From the NCBI GenBank assembly GCA_009914755.4, contig CP068257.2, positions 23,104,001-23,168,000 on the forward strand: a stretch of 64,000 bases of DNA, given 5' to 3'. Below, one piece after another: positions 1 to 15,787 of the stretch (position 1 is the first letter of the stretch; each line of letters opens with the position of its first letter). Source of the stretch: the human T2T-CHM13v2.0 reference genome, Homo sapiens. Below the pieces are notes generated by a model that worked only from the letters and a program-made list of their open reading frames with translations, was not told the DNA's origin and ran no database searches. Position numbers and translations under genes: made by a program.

Positions 1-99
1 GTCTATCTTAGTTACTGCTAACTATATAGATCTAATAGATTAGTGACCATACTTTGTAAATGTGAACATTTATTCCTCTGGACATGATTTTTGTCCAAC

Positions 100-470
100 T
101 TGGAGTAACATAATCCATTTATTATAAGACTGGGTGCTATGGACTAAATGTTTTTGTTCTCCCAAACTTTATGCGTTAAAATTCTAAACCCCAATATGAT
201 GGTATTAGGAAGGGGACTCTTTGGAAGGTGACTAAGTCAAGAGTGGAGCTCTCGTGATGGGATTAGTGCAAATTACTCTAGAGCTCCGAGTTACCATGTG
301 AGTACCAAGCAAGAAGGCCGGGTCTATGACCAGGATTTGGCCCCTCACCAGAACCTGACTATGCTGACACCCTGATCTTGGACTTCCAGGATCCAGAACT
401 ATGAGGAGTAAATTTCTGCTGTTTATAAGCTACACAGTCTATGGTACTTTATTAAAACAGCCACAAATTA
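100..470 (+). repeat. Ancient LTR-like interspersed repeat fragment (family not determined)
   Basis: Resembles a widespread mammalian LTR-type consensus ending in '...ctgatcttggacttccagga(t)ccagaactatgagg(a)gtaaatttctgctgtttataagctacacagtctatggtactttattaaaacagcc'. I recognise the motif but not the exact RepeatMasker family. Confidence 0.4.
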
Positions 471-679
471 TGACACCGAGAAAAAATATCAGATATAAAA
501 TAATACTACATCATTTATGATCTTGTTTTTGTAAGGTACAATAACAGCAAAACCCTTTTAGGAGTGACAATAGCAATTACTCAATGATCCTTACAGGAGT
601 TGGTAAGTAGTGACTGGAAAGAAAGGGCTTTCTAGGAATGGGTTAATGTGAAAACTCAGCAACTTGCATACTTGCATAT

Positions 680-2645
<1,966 letters not shown>

Positions 2646-3291
2646 GACCATATTAAAAATAAGCACAGGCTTTTAACAATACCAGTGATGCAATATAAAG
2701 ATGTTTACAAACAACTAAAAACACTGATTAAATTATGCTACTACACAATGAAAATTATTATATTACATTTTGTGTTTAATCAAAATAAGCTTATTTTCTT
2801 TCCATGTATATTAGTTTACATTTAAACTATATTTTATCTTCAGAAACATTTCGACATAACTTACAAAACTCCCAGTTCGGTAGTGGCAATTTGCTAGTTA
2901 TTAAAATACATTTTTTAAAATGTATAATTTAATTTTTAGTATCTTTTTTCTCATTCAGACATGATCTAGTATTGTTGATAATTTATAGGGCCACTTTATC
3001 TAAATAAGTTACTGAAAGTACTTCCAGTTTTTTACAATAAATAGATAAGAGCACAAAGATAATTGCAATACATTTTTGTAGCTTCTAAACATTTTATCAT
3101 TCTGTATTTACATTTTAATTTGATTTTTAGTTTATATTTTAGTTATTGATACATATTTGGCCACAAGTACTAAAATTGTGTCTTGATTAGCTAGATATAA
3201 TTTGCAGTTGTCAATTCTCTTATATAAATTATTTACTTGAAAATCCAATGCTAAATATAAAGTTTTATTTTGAGAATTATGCTCACAACTC

Positions 3292-3337
3292 GTGTGTGTG
3301 TGGGTGTGTGCCTGTGTGTGTATGTTTGTGTGCGTGT
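3292..3337. repeat. Imperfect (TG)n microsatellite
   Basis: Sequence 'gtgtgtgtgtgggtgtgtgcctgtgtgtgtatgtttgtgtgcgtgt'. Confidence 0.9.
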
Positions 3338-5461
3338 TTATTTCCTTTATCCTTCAGCTCTTAAAGAGGAGGGACATTTAAAAATTTTATAGTCATCAAA
3401 GTCTTCTTTACTTGAGAAAATGTTTAAGAAACGCATTGAAATATACATATTTTGGAATTATTGCCATCAGAAGGAATGTTTCACTTGGTTCCATGAACTC
3501 CCTGAAGAGCATCCTCGAATGTCCAGATCATTAGTAAGACCTTGGAGATTTAGCAGCCTTTCAATAATTCTTAATAGTACTACAGGTGTTTTTAAGATCA
3601 TATTAAATAAAGCCACTGACAATTTAATTTTTTAAAAAGAAAATAATAAAATATATTTGAAGGGTTTGAAGGATCCACAGGGCAGAATAGATGATGTATA
3701 AAATGAGGTTTGTGAGTCGGTCTTCTTCATTAAATTTTAGTTCACTATTTTTCACTAATCAATTCAAAGACTCTAAGTACTTCTTTTTTATAGTAGAAGT
3801 AATAGAAGTTGGTACAAGTGGGACAAAAAATAGGACTTCTGATACTGGATCTTGCTGTAAAATAAAAGCTGCAAGTTTATTTTCACTCTTGTTGAAGCCA
3901 AAAATGGCCATTTTGGGTTAACATCAAGAATGTAAATTCCAACCAAATGAACATATTGGGGATGAAAAAATATAAGTTGATAAAACATGAAACACAACAA
4001 TTTAAAGAACAAACATTTTGAAAAAATATTTAATAGTTATATTAATGAATATTTATTTTAAAATAAATTTATAATATTTGTTTTCTTTTTCTTTACATAA
4101 AAACTAAAATAGTTTTATAATTTATGCCTATTTTTCTGACACTCATGCAGGAAGTATTTTAAAGTGCATAAATAGTTACTAAAATCCAATCCATTCACAA
4201 TCTTTTGAAATATTTAATTAATATTTATGTAAATTGTTTTTATCACAAGACAATAATTTTTCTCCATTTTCTTGTGTTTTGATGTTAGAGGGACACATTT
4301 TCTTTCTAGTTAATGTAATAAGAAAAGTTAATGAGAATCTATTTTTAATAAACATGTCTAAGAATAAAACATTAAAATCTGTCCCTAAGGGTTATAATTG
4401 TGAAATGTTCTAATTGCACACATAATCAATTTTGATGCACCAAAATTAATTTCAACATCAAAAAATAATATTTCTTAACTAGCCTCTTTTTTGTGTATAT
4501 ATATTATGTGCAATTAACTTTGGTAGACTGAGAAGATAGCTAGCTTCTGGTGAGAGTCTATTATAGTGAACTGGTCTCATAGGCACATTCCAGCTACCTG
4601 AACTGCTTAAACATCAAAACCCTCAAGGGCCAAATAGAACCAGGTACAGATTATACACCCAATTACTATTTCTAAATAATAATGAGAAGCTGATATGTCT
4701 TGCCCCAACATAACTAGTGAAATTCTGGTAACCAAGTATCATTTATATGTAGTTTATATATTCCATGGTGTTCCTCATTGGATCCCCAGAATTCTCCAGG
4801 CAGTTCTAGAGATTAGCATGTGGTCAATCCAGGCCAGCAGATACTAACTCATATGTTATAGATAATTTCAGCTGTTTAAAGCATTTCGTGATATAGAAAC
4901 ACTCTGGCCATCACAATCTCTTACCAAGTGGCCCCATCTCCCTCTCTAGCTTGTTGGTTTACTTTCCTACTGCTCCCAGCCCTGGGGCCCGCTGTGCTTT
5001 ACTCAGCTTTATGATGAAGGCCTTCTAATTCTTCCTCCAAAACCTGGACCTCCCTCACCTTCAGGCCCTTGATACTCTTTGCAATGCTTTCTACACAGTC
5101 TTTTTGTGAGACCACCCCTTCTCATCACAGATCCATACTCACCTTCTCAGGGAGACCTTCTTTCAACATTGTCGGGGAGGAAACATTTCTCCCGTATCCT
5201 GTTGGCATCTCTGGCTGGGCCTAAGAATTAAACTGACATAAAACATATTAACAGGAGAAAAGAATACAACTTTTTTAAGACGTTGGGTGGCATGTTCTAA
5301 ACTCCTTGAATATCCTACCTATGAGAGTCCGCCTCATGGCAGTGCACACAGGCTGATATATTATTTCTCCTCTGTTTCTCCCATTTAAATGTAAAGCACG
5401 TGAGATCAGAAACAGCGTATTTCCAGTTCCTTAAACTATGTTTGTCGCATGTTATTCTGGC

Positions 5462-5500
5462 TTACATTTGCGAATTTACATTTGCATTTACATTTGTGAA
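5462..5500. repeat. Short tandem repeat, ~13-bp unit x3 ('ttacatttg[c/t]gaa')
   Basis: Sequence 'ttacatttgcgaatttacatttgcatttacatttgtgaatt'. Confidence 0.6.
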
Positions 5501-6792
5501 TTCATAACAATGAATTTACCTTATTAGCCTCATCACTTAGATAAGCAAAACAATTAGATTTGAAAAAATAGTTTAAATATTGAAGTCATTTTACGTATAT
5601 TGGTGGATATTATTTATATTCAGAATGATCCATACACACTCGATCATTGTGTGATAAATGTCAGCTCTACAAAGGTCACCAAAGAGTCACCTAATTTTTA
5701 ATTACTGTTGATATTGAAAGGTTGATAAGATCAAACCTAGTCTGTGTCTCCAGACTTTCATGTTGTCAATGTGTCATAAAAACATATAGGCCATATCTTG
5801 CATTTTCTATTAATGTGACAAACACCATGCTTTTGAAGCCATCTTTTCCCAGTTGCTGGTACAGCTTAATGGCTGTAGAAAGTCTATATTTGTATCATTT
5901 TATTGTTTTTTCTTCTTTTTCTTTTTAGGTTTCAAAAATATCTTGAGAAATTACATAGAAACCGAATAATACTCAAAGAAAAAAACATTCCTCACCTTCC
6001 AATTAATGTACAAATTATACCTAAAAGGAAATTTTACAGCAGTTGATGTTTTTTATCAGCAATAATATAGCTTATCATCTGCTTTGGGGAACATAATTTG
6101 GAGAATTTATTTTCTTCCCCATTTTTTCAGGTTAACCAAGCCTAACTCTTCTTTTCAAATTACACTGAAACTTGAAGAATTAATCATTTGGGGTAGATGA
6201 TGCTCCAGGGTGCTTTTGAGAATGTGAATCACCTTTAAACCCATGGTGTTGCTCTGAACATGAGGCCACCAATCCTGCCCTGAGCCATAATTCAAATTTT
6301 TCTGAGCCTTGACCACTAGTTCTAGTGACAAATGGAACAGATTCTACAAACTACCTTGCACAAATAATGCTTTTGGATTCCTTGTTGTACTCACTTGCAG
6401 AGCTAAAAGACCCATTTGTCTTCTAACCCTTAAGGACAAAAATGCATTAGTCTTTCTACTTCTAATCCAATCAGTGCCATTTTTCTCTTGTGAGTGAATG
6501 GTTGTGCGGAGCCTCTGTCTGTCATTTTAACCACTGGCTTATGAAAGCTTTCAGTGTGATTCAGAACTCTATATTCTCCTGTAACCTTCATCACAGGACT
6601 TTAGTTGAAAAGAAAAAGGGAGATGCCTCAGAATAAAGCTGTTTTTAATCTTAGTGGTGTCTTAACTTTATATAGCACTTCAAGGAATAAAATCACTATG
6701 TTAAATGATCTATATGATAGAATAACAGGTAATATTAATTTTTACAAAATATAAAATATATTTGTTAAATTAAAATGTTCTAATTAGTTTGA

Positions 6793-6985
6793 ATGGAAGC
6801 ATAGTGTACCGGTCAAGACCATGAACTTAGAACACAGATACCTGGGTTTAAATCTCAACCAGAGCCAAGACCTCACTGTGGGGCTGTGGGCCAATTCTTT
6901 AATTATGTTGTGATGATCACCTCTGTTTCCTCAATTACGAGATGTTAATAAGAACAGTAGGTATATAAGTGACAAATTTAGGTAT
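6793..6985 (+). mobile_element. MIR (mammalian-wide interspersed repeat) SINE fragment
   Basis: Core similarity to the MIR consensus: '...cctgggtttaaatc...(c)cactgtggggctgtgggccaattctttaa...tctgtttcctcaattacgagatgttaataagaacagtagg' versus MIR 'cctgggttcgaatc...tgtgtgaccttgggcaagt...tcagtttcctcatctgtaaaatggggataataatagtacc'. Confidence 0.6.
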
Positions 6986-8464
6986 CCTGTGTTTCTGGAT
7001 ACCTCAAATATGTATCTATGTTTTACCTCATGTAGATTTTAAATTATTTACAGAAAATTTTGATGAATCAAACTGTGCCCAACGTTAGTTTGCACATACT
7101 TTGTGTCTAACAAATAACAATTGAGTGCTTGATTTTGAAATTTAAAAAAGCTAAATTTATTATTAATTTTGTCATACAAATTTTGTGCTGATCATGATAG
7201 CAGAGTTTGGCTAATTGGGAAAATATTCTTTAAAATTATAAGGGAGATGTTCTTGGTAGCCAGCCACTCCCGAACATACTTCTTATAAACTTCCAGGAAA
7301 TTCTGCTATGACTGTTGCAATTAAGGGTGTATAATAAAGAACTACATTGGCAGAGTATCCCATATGTCTTTGTCTTGGTCTCAACTTAGATGGTATCTCA
7401 TAATCAGGAGTTCTGATTTTGGATCCAACTTAGTACCCTCCTTAGCACTGGTTACTTCCCTCTTAACACAGTGACCAATACTTCAGGAAGAGGGAGCTAG
7501 ACTAAGAGGCTATGATACAGTATAGAATGATAATAGCTACTACTGAACTGCCAAGTCAGCAGGTGATTTAATGAAAGATATATTGCATCAGACAAAAAGC
7601 AGATGCAAATCAGATTAATTAAAGAGAATGTGGAATGATAAGTTCTAGGCAAATGTTGGCATACAACATTCTAATTTTCCCATTCTATTTTGGGGCTAAA
7701 GATGATTTCATGTTTGCTCTACTATTGTTAGATGTTACTGTTCTATAAATGTCAACAAGGACAAGTCAGTTAATAGCATCCTTCTGAGTCTGCTAAGTTT
7801 CTATCTACTCTTTCTATTAATTAGAGAGGAGAGTTGAAATCTGTGAGCATGACTTTATATTTTTCTATTTTTCCTTGCAGTTATATCAGTTGTGTGCCAT
7901 ATACCTTGAAGTACAGTTACAAGATTTATAAACATTTAGATGTTCATGTGTTCTTATTGAATTGATAACTTTATTATTTTAAAATGACCCTCTAGGAATG
8001 TTCTTTATTCGAAATCTATTTTGTCTTATAATAATATAGCCATTCCAGGTTTCTCTTGATTGTTCTTAGCAAAATTTTAATTATATTTGCTAAATAAAAA
8101 GTTCTAATTATACTTAAAGTGAGTTTCTTGTAACAGCATATAGGTAGGCCTTGTCCTTTTTATGCAATATGACAATCTGCATTTTAATGGGCATTGAAAC
8201 CGCTTAATCTAATGTATTATTGACATCTTCGAGTTTAAATAAATTTACTATCTTGCTATTTCTTTTCTATTTGTCCTACTTGTAGTTTGTATCATCTTTC
8301 CTGTTTTTTTTTGTTTGTTTTTGTTTTTTTTAAGTGCCTTATATGTATAAATCAATGATTTTTTTAACTGCTCCTTGCAGAGAAGGGCCACCCATAGGAA
8401 GTGTGCTTTGAGTAGCCCCAATGATTTTTTGTGATTCTGTTTTATCAACTTTTTTGGCTTATTA

Positions 8465-8505
8465 GCTAGGATGTGTATGTGTGAGCTAGGATGTGTATGC
8501 GTGTA
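8465..8505. repeat. 20-bp tandem duplication ('gctaggatgtgtatg[t/c]gtg' x2) followed by a (TG/TA)-rich tract
   Basis: Direct reading: 'gctaggatgtgtatgtgtga' then 'gctaggatgtgtatgcgtgta'. Confidence 0.7.
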
Positions 8506-8799
8506 TGTATGTTTGTTGTCTTAGTAGTTGCTTCATGATTTATAATATATATCTTTAACTTTTTACAATCTACATCCAATAATATTATACCGTTTATGTG
8601 TAGTGAAAGAACCTTACAAAGATATGTTTTTATTTAAAATCCCCTGACCTTTGTACTGTTGTTCCCATGTACTGTGTGTCTATATGGTCCACAATACAAT
8701 TATTTTTAAATAGCTATTACCTTCAAGCATATTTAAATAAGAAAATTATTTTACATTTAACTCTGTAATTATCATTTATGCTTTTTGATTTTCTTTATT

Positions 8800-10000
8800 T
8801 TCTTGTGTGGATCCAGATTTCTCTCCAGTATTTCTTGCCTCCATTTCAAACACTTCCTTCTACTGGCTATAAATTCTGTCAATAACCCTTTGTTGAAAAT
8901 GTCCTTATTTCATCTATATTTTAAAATACATTTCTACTAGGTAAAGAATTCTAGGTGAACAGTTATTGTCTTCAGTACTTTAAACTTTTTGTTTCATTAT
9001 CTGAAGATGCTCATATTGCATATGATAACAAATGGTTTTTTAAAAAAATTTACTTTGTGTATAATATGTATGTTTTTCTGGCTGCTTTTAAGATTTTCTT
9101 AAATATTTTGTAAAGATGTTTAAGGTTTTAAAAAGATTTTCTTAAAATGAACGACAAACACATTTTAAGCACTTTGGGTACGATAGACTTTGGTCAAATT
9201 TTGTTCATTTTGTTGTACTTCAGTTTCTTAACCTTCCTTGATTTTGGAGTTTAGTGTTTCTTCCACTTGGACAAATTTTGACTATTATTTCTTCAATTTT
9301 CTGTGTGTTTGGTCCTGTTTCTCTCCCTCTCCCTTGAGAGCTTCAATTACATATAAATCAGGCCAATAACCTGAAGTTACTCCATATCTCACTGATGCTT
9401 TTCACCTTATTCCAGTCTTTTTCTCTTTGATTTTTACCATAGATTCTATTTATTTTCAGATTAATTAATGCTTCCTCCTTCAATGTTTACGCATTTGTTT
9501 TTCCAGATAAGTGCATTTTTTACCTCAGATATTAAAGCTTTTATTTATAAATGTGTGATTTGGGACTTTTTAAATATCCGTGTCTTTAGTTACCATGAGC
9601 AGTCTTTTTGCTGGCTTCTGGGAGATATAATAATAACTATTTTAATAATTTTGCTGTTAATATCTTCATCTTTTCTGGGTCATAATTTATTGATTTTTTT
9701 CAGTATTATGAATTACCTTTTCCTTCTTCTTTACCTTACTGGTAAATCTCAACTGAATGACATATATTAAGAATTGGCATTTTCGGGGTCCTGGATACTT
9801 TGTATTCCTATAAAAAATATTTAGCTTTGCTCCAGTATGTAATTAAGAAATATGATGTATTACTCACCATATTAGTTTTTAAGTTTGTTAAGGACCAGAA
9901 TAACATTTATTCCACAGTCAATTTGAATAATTATCATATTGTAAGAATATCAAAAAAACTTCAATATATTCTGTATCATGGCTCATGAATTACAGGTTCA
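8800..10000 (-). mobile_element. Probable ancient L1 fragment in antisense orientation (old L1M/L1P, ORF1-ORF2 junction region)
   Basis: T-rich strand with the characteristic antisense-L1 'word' pattern ('...tttctgggtcataatttattgatttttttcag...'). There is no intact ORF and the family is unassigned. Confidence 0.35.
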
Positions 10001-13000
10001 GCATCCCAAATCTAAAACAATCTGAAATCAGAGACATTTTTGGTCCTAAGCATTTAGACTAAGGGATATTCAAACTGTATCAGGTCTCCTCTCTAACTTG
10101 TAAGAATAGGCACTATGCCGTATATTGACTACATTTACTTTTGCCTGTAATTTTTTTGGGCAGTTCTTTCCATAATTTTCTCTCTATAAAGTACTCTACT
10201 CTCTGGTGGTCTGCCCTAGGAACTCTAACTGCCTTGGTCTCTCCAGATTCCCAACTCAGTTCCAGCTCAACTCAGTGATCCTTTGCTTGACCTGGATTGC
10301 TACTCCTTATGTTGCAGCCTGGAAATTTTCTCTAACCAGTAACTAAACTGGGCTTTGCTGATGGAAAATCTAGGACATTCACTCTCAGAGATCATTTACT
10401 CTTAAAAACTTTTATTGACTCAGGATCAAGTAGAACCAAGTCTCACTTAAGATTTGACAGAGCTATCACTGTACAAAGAAATTTTTAATAAAATGTATTT
10501 TCAAAATGAATTATTGAAACTAAATGAAAGTGACAGGCTCCAGAAAAAACAAGAAAAATATGTTATTCTGAAAGCAAATGTAGCTTTTAATAGAAAACAT
10601 CCAAAGATAAATTAGGATTATTCATTTAGTCAAAGAACTGCTAGGGCAATTTTAATGGCTGTTTAATCTATTAATGGCACTAAAACAGACTCTTGATAAT
10701 CATTAAATCAAGGTAGTCTCAATTAAACTATAAGGATGTAGAACTAAAAAAAGGTAATATGATTTGTGCAAGGTGATATGATTTGATGCAAGAGTACTTA
10801 ATTCTGTTTATTAATTCTGGGATCTGGTCTCTATAACCATATTACATAAATTACATAAATAAATGATGTTAGTGAAGACATACTTAAAAATAATCACTAG
10901 AAAATATATTATATAGATGGTTACTCAATTTATTCATATGTAGGAACTTTTATTGTATCACTGCAAACTTTTTGGGCCATTTAGAACTGAATTGCCCCTC
11001 AAGTCCCATATTTGAAAACTGATCTGACAAAAGAATTATCTAAAAACTGGAAGTAAACGCTGAGCCTACTAATTTATGCCAGCTTCAATTCTCAAAATAT
11101 GCTATGTTCTTATTGCTAAGTCTAAGTGAGAACAGGTGTATTTAATTTGTATTTATTTCAGAACAGACGGCAATGTAATTTGTCATGCAAAATATCTATT
11201 ATAGTGTCATTGTGTTATATGGCTGTTATATAGACTTTGTGATCTGGACTAGCTAATGACAGTAGAAAGATTTAGCTAAAGATATAGTCATATACATGAT
11301 ATGTTTCTAAAGGAACTTGACTGAGAAGTGACCTCTTTCCTTTATTATTAGAATTTATTGACATTTTTTCATGCCACATTCAGCAATTTCATTTGTTTAA
11401 ATGCAAGCTATATTCATACACTTTATTCCATTTTTTAATAATTTGAAAAATATTGTTATGAATTTCAAAAGTTGCTCATAATTTTTATAAATTACTATCA
11501 TATAGCAGTCTATTCTTAAACAATAGACATAGAATTCTGTATGGACACAAATACTATTTTTCTACTTATTAGGTGTTATTTCTACTTCATATGCTAACAT
11601 TCTGAAAAACAGTAAATGACCTCTTGATACATTAAACTTTTTTTAACATCAAAGATTTTCCAATAAACTTTGTGCCTCTTAAAGGAATAATTTCAACATG
11701 CTAACTAATTTTCATAATTGTAAGCTGTCCAAGATAGCAGAAAGTGCCTGTTAGATTCTCAGAATATATCCTTTGTAGTCTCTGCCATTTATTTGTTATT
11801 TGACTTGAGGCTCTTTGAATTGATCAAACTGTATCTAGTTGTTCACAAAAGGCAGTTGGAATTGCATTAACTGTGACAACTCTCTGAAAGGGTGGTTTCT
11901 AGAATAAAATTATGTAGAATGGATAAAGATGTATTGAAAGTCACAAAATTTTTTCAAATTAACACTGACTGAGAAAAATGAAGTGTCATTGTTACTTGCA
12001 GAGGTTAGTGTATTGAAACTGGAGAGAAGAAAAATGAAAGCAATTGTCATATCACAAAGAGAATTTTGATTCTGATCATTTTATGTTATCTGGTCAAATT
12101 TGGGTATTTCAAAAGAAAAACTCTCTACAGTGTCTTAATTATGTTATAAAGTGTACAGAGCAGCTCAGCTTGTTCCCACATTAGTTTCTATTTATGGTGC
12201 ATTACAGAATTCTGCCATATTATGTTGAAGACTCAAAAAGAGCATTGATAACACATCACTTAAATGTGACACCTTAATATTGCCTTCTTATTGCTAAAAG
12301 TGCTCATAAAAATTTGATGAGATTAAATTGGTACCTTTTTACTTACTTTGGCTATTAAATTCAATTGATATTTGATCTTTTTATAGAAAGAAAGGAGGCA
12401 AAGTATAACTTTCAATGGTTTCCCCCCACCCCCCGAGGACTAATAACACTTGGAAGAAAGATTCAACACAACTAAACAAATTGGATGCAGCAAGAAAATC
12501 TCTTTCCTTGCCTTAATATCAAACACTACTCCAGGTGCAGCAAAAGCTTAAGTGTAGTAGGTTTAGCCCTGTAGCTCCACTTCCACTCAGAAGTTTTAGA
12601 GAAAAATTATAACTGGATGACACAGTACTCATTTTCCTTCTTATTCCCTTCTTTCAAAATGTACAGCTTACTTCATCACAGCCTCATCATTAGAGCATTT
12701 CCTTATGCATTACCTGTAGTCATCTCCTTGGTACTATTCAAAAGATGAACAGTTTACTTATCTCTCCCTTATAAGATCTAGTTATTCACTGAGAAATGTT
12801 CCTTAAAAATACTTACAGGATGAATGAGAACAAGTTATGTGAAAATACATAAGTTTCATTTAACCTCAACATCAAAGGGTATGTTGAAATCAAAGAAATT
12901 TTAAACGCCAAATAGTTATTATAAAATACATGTTTGAAAGCCCCTTGAGAACTTCATAAAATCAAGAAAGAGGAAATGGATGAGTCCTTAGCAACTCACA

Positions 13001-13959
13001 GAGCCAGTTTCACAACCTCCTGGCCTTGTGGCTTAGCTATACGAAATAGATGAAAAATAGAAAGCTTTTATTCATCACTCATGTTGTTCTCCAACTAAAG
13101 TCCTTTAAACAGAGAGGAAATGCAAATCCAAGTTGCCTTCTGTAAAAAAAAAAAGTCTGCAAACTGACATTTCAATGTCTTTATACATTGACCTCTAAAA
13201 CAGTATAAAGTAATAAAAACTGTTGGGTGAAGGATAAAGACAAGCAATAGCTTTATAACATATTCATAAAAGATGCCACAATACTGCCATCTACAGCTTC
13301 AGTATTTGCCATTTTTAGATATTACAATGCATGTTTCGTATTTTAAAATAAGAAGAACATGTGACTTGAGTTGTGTGAACATGTGATATGAGTTGAGGGT
13401 CATGTTGGGTGAACTGCTGTTAATAAAAGTATAAGTGGATTTCAGGATGGAGATGAAATGTTAACAATGAACAAATCAATTTATAATTATTTACATACAA
13501 CTGTAATTGAGGTTATTTATAATGTTTAAAATTAGTATGAAATTTACACCACCATTCTACATATTTCAGTTTTGATAATGGTCTGCTTGAAGAAAAGGAA
13601 AGAGAAAAAAGGAGACTCCAAAATCTTTTTCTTGTCAAAGAGACACACCAAGAAGATTGTCACTGCTCCTGTTTCTTTCCAAAGTCATTGATTGCCCTTG
13701 ACCTTAATACAGCCTCACATTAAGATCTATGGAGATGAACAGACTGTATTAGAAACTAATCTACTTTCAGAATTCTAGTGTCTTCTCAGACCCTGTATTG
13801 AAGATCTGGGATCAAACCTCACCACCATTTTCAGCTCCTGAAATACAAGGGTAAAAGACCTCGGTGAGAAATCATGCAAGCAGCCTTTCAATTCTAAATT
13901 AAACACCCTTTTTTGTTTGCTTTGTTTAACGGACGTGATAGAATAAATTTTCTGGTTAA

Positions 13960-14291
<332 letters not shown>

Positions 14292-14532
14292 AAAAATAGA
14301 CTTTATTTCTTAGAGCAGCTTTTCTATCCAAAGGTAAATGCTATTTTGCTATTTTATTCTTGTTTTGTTTTTAGTGAGAGTGCATATTGTACCACTCTTG
14401 CTTTGTTTTATTTGGCTGAATCTAAGGGGCAGATTGGCCTATACTACCCTTTGACTGTGCTGATTCTGTCTAGTAGGACAGGATAACAATGACTTGCTAC
14501 TATACAGAGAACTCACTAAGGAGAATTCTTTT

Positions 14533-15118
14533 AACTTGTATTTTAAGTTCAGGGCTACAAATGCAGGTTTGTTCCATAGGTAAACTTGTGTCATGGGGGT
14601 TCGTTGTACAAATTATTTCATCACACAGGTATCAAGCCTAGTAACTATTAATTATTTTTCCTGATCTTCTTTCTCCTCCCACCCTCCAATCTCCAAAAGA
14701 CTCCAGTGTGTGTCGCTCCCTTCTGTGTGTCCATGTGTTCTCATCATTTAGCTCCCACTGATAAGTGAGAGAATATGCGATATTTGGTTTTCTTTTCCCG
14801 TGTTAGTTTGTTAAGGATAATGGCCTCCAGCTCCATCCATGTCCTTTCAAAGAACATGATCTTGTTCTTTTTTATGGCTGTATAGTATGCTATGGTATAT
14901 ATACACCACATTTTCTTTATCCAGTCTATTATTGATGGGCATTTAGGTTGATCCTTGTCTTTGCTATTTTGAATAGTGCTGCAATGAACACATGTGTGCA
15001 AGTGTCTTTATAATAGAATGATTTATATTTCTTTGGGTATATACCAAGTAATGGCATTTCTGGGTCAAATGGGATTTCTGTCTTTAGGTCTTTGAGGGAT
15101 CGCCACACTGTCTTCCAG
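14533..15118 (-). mobile_element. L1 3' end (ORF2 C-terminus plus 3' UTR), the sense-continuous segment of a twin-primed L1 insertion
   Basis: Reverse complement of the L1 3' terminus ('...tttaagttcagggctacaaatgcaggtttg...ttatggctgtatagtatgctatggtatatatacaccacattttctttatccagtctattattgatgggcatttaggttg...ccaagtaatggcatttctgggtcaaatggg...gggatcgccacactgtcttcca'). Track ORF 14744..15001(-) gives 'CPSIIDWIKKMWCIYTIAYYTAIKKN', the ORF2 C-terminus. Confidence 0.85.
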
Positions 15119-15278
15119 GATTACCCAGCATCTATAAGGAGCTTAAACAAATTTACAAGAAAAAACACACACATTAAAAAAAGTGGGCAAAGGATGTGAA
15201 CAGACAATTCTCAAAAGAAGCCATACATACGGCCAACAATCATGCGAAAAAAAAGCTACATCACCGATCATTAGAGAA
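15119..15278 (+). mobile_element. L1 ORF2 internal segment in the opposite orientation, the inverted segment of the same twin-primed insertion
   Basis: Sequence 'acccagcatctataaggagcttaaacaaatttacaagaaaaaa...aaagtgggcaaaggatgtgaacagacaattctcaaaagaagccatacatacggccaacaatcatgcgaaaaaaaagctacatcaccgatcattagagaaa' is sense L1 ORF2 ('IYKELKQIYKKK..KKWAKDMNRHFSKEDI..ANKHMKKCS.SLAIREM'). It is joined head-to-head to the minus-strand 3' segment at about 15118/15119. Flanking TSDs are 'aaggagaattctttt' (14518-14532) and 'aaggagaactttt' (15279-15291). Confidence 0.8.
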
Positions 15279-15787
15279 AAGGAGAACTTTTGCATATGCC
15301 TCACTCTATTGAAATCTCGTAATGTGGTTAATATTTTGTTTGTTTTTCATTAAAATTTCTATTGCTCTGGTGTTGCTGAATTTGGATAAATAACTTAGAC
15401 ACATCAAAGAGATTAGTCTGACAATTTTTATGTTAAGAATTATGGAATGTATTGATGGTTGATTGTCCATGTATTTCTGATCAAATAGTCAGAACACCTA
15501 AAAGACAGGCAAAGTTTCAGTATAGAAAACCAGGAAAACTGATCAATGATGAAAACAATATGGCAAAGCAATAACCATAGAAATAGACCCACTGAATGTT
15601 TCTCCCTGTCAGAAATCAGTGTTTCAATAAGCACAGGGCAGCCATTACTCTCCTTTGAAGAATCAGGCTCAGCTACTTCATCCCTTCCCTACTTCTCCAT
15701 TCCCCGCTCAGAGAGGGTAACATGCCTCTGAAATGGTTAAGATTAAGCAAGGCAATATGCCCTTAGGAACAAATAAGCAGAAGCAAA

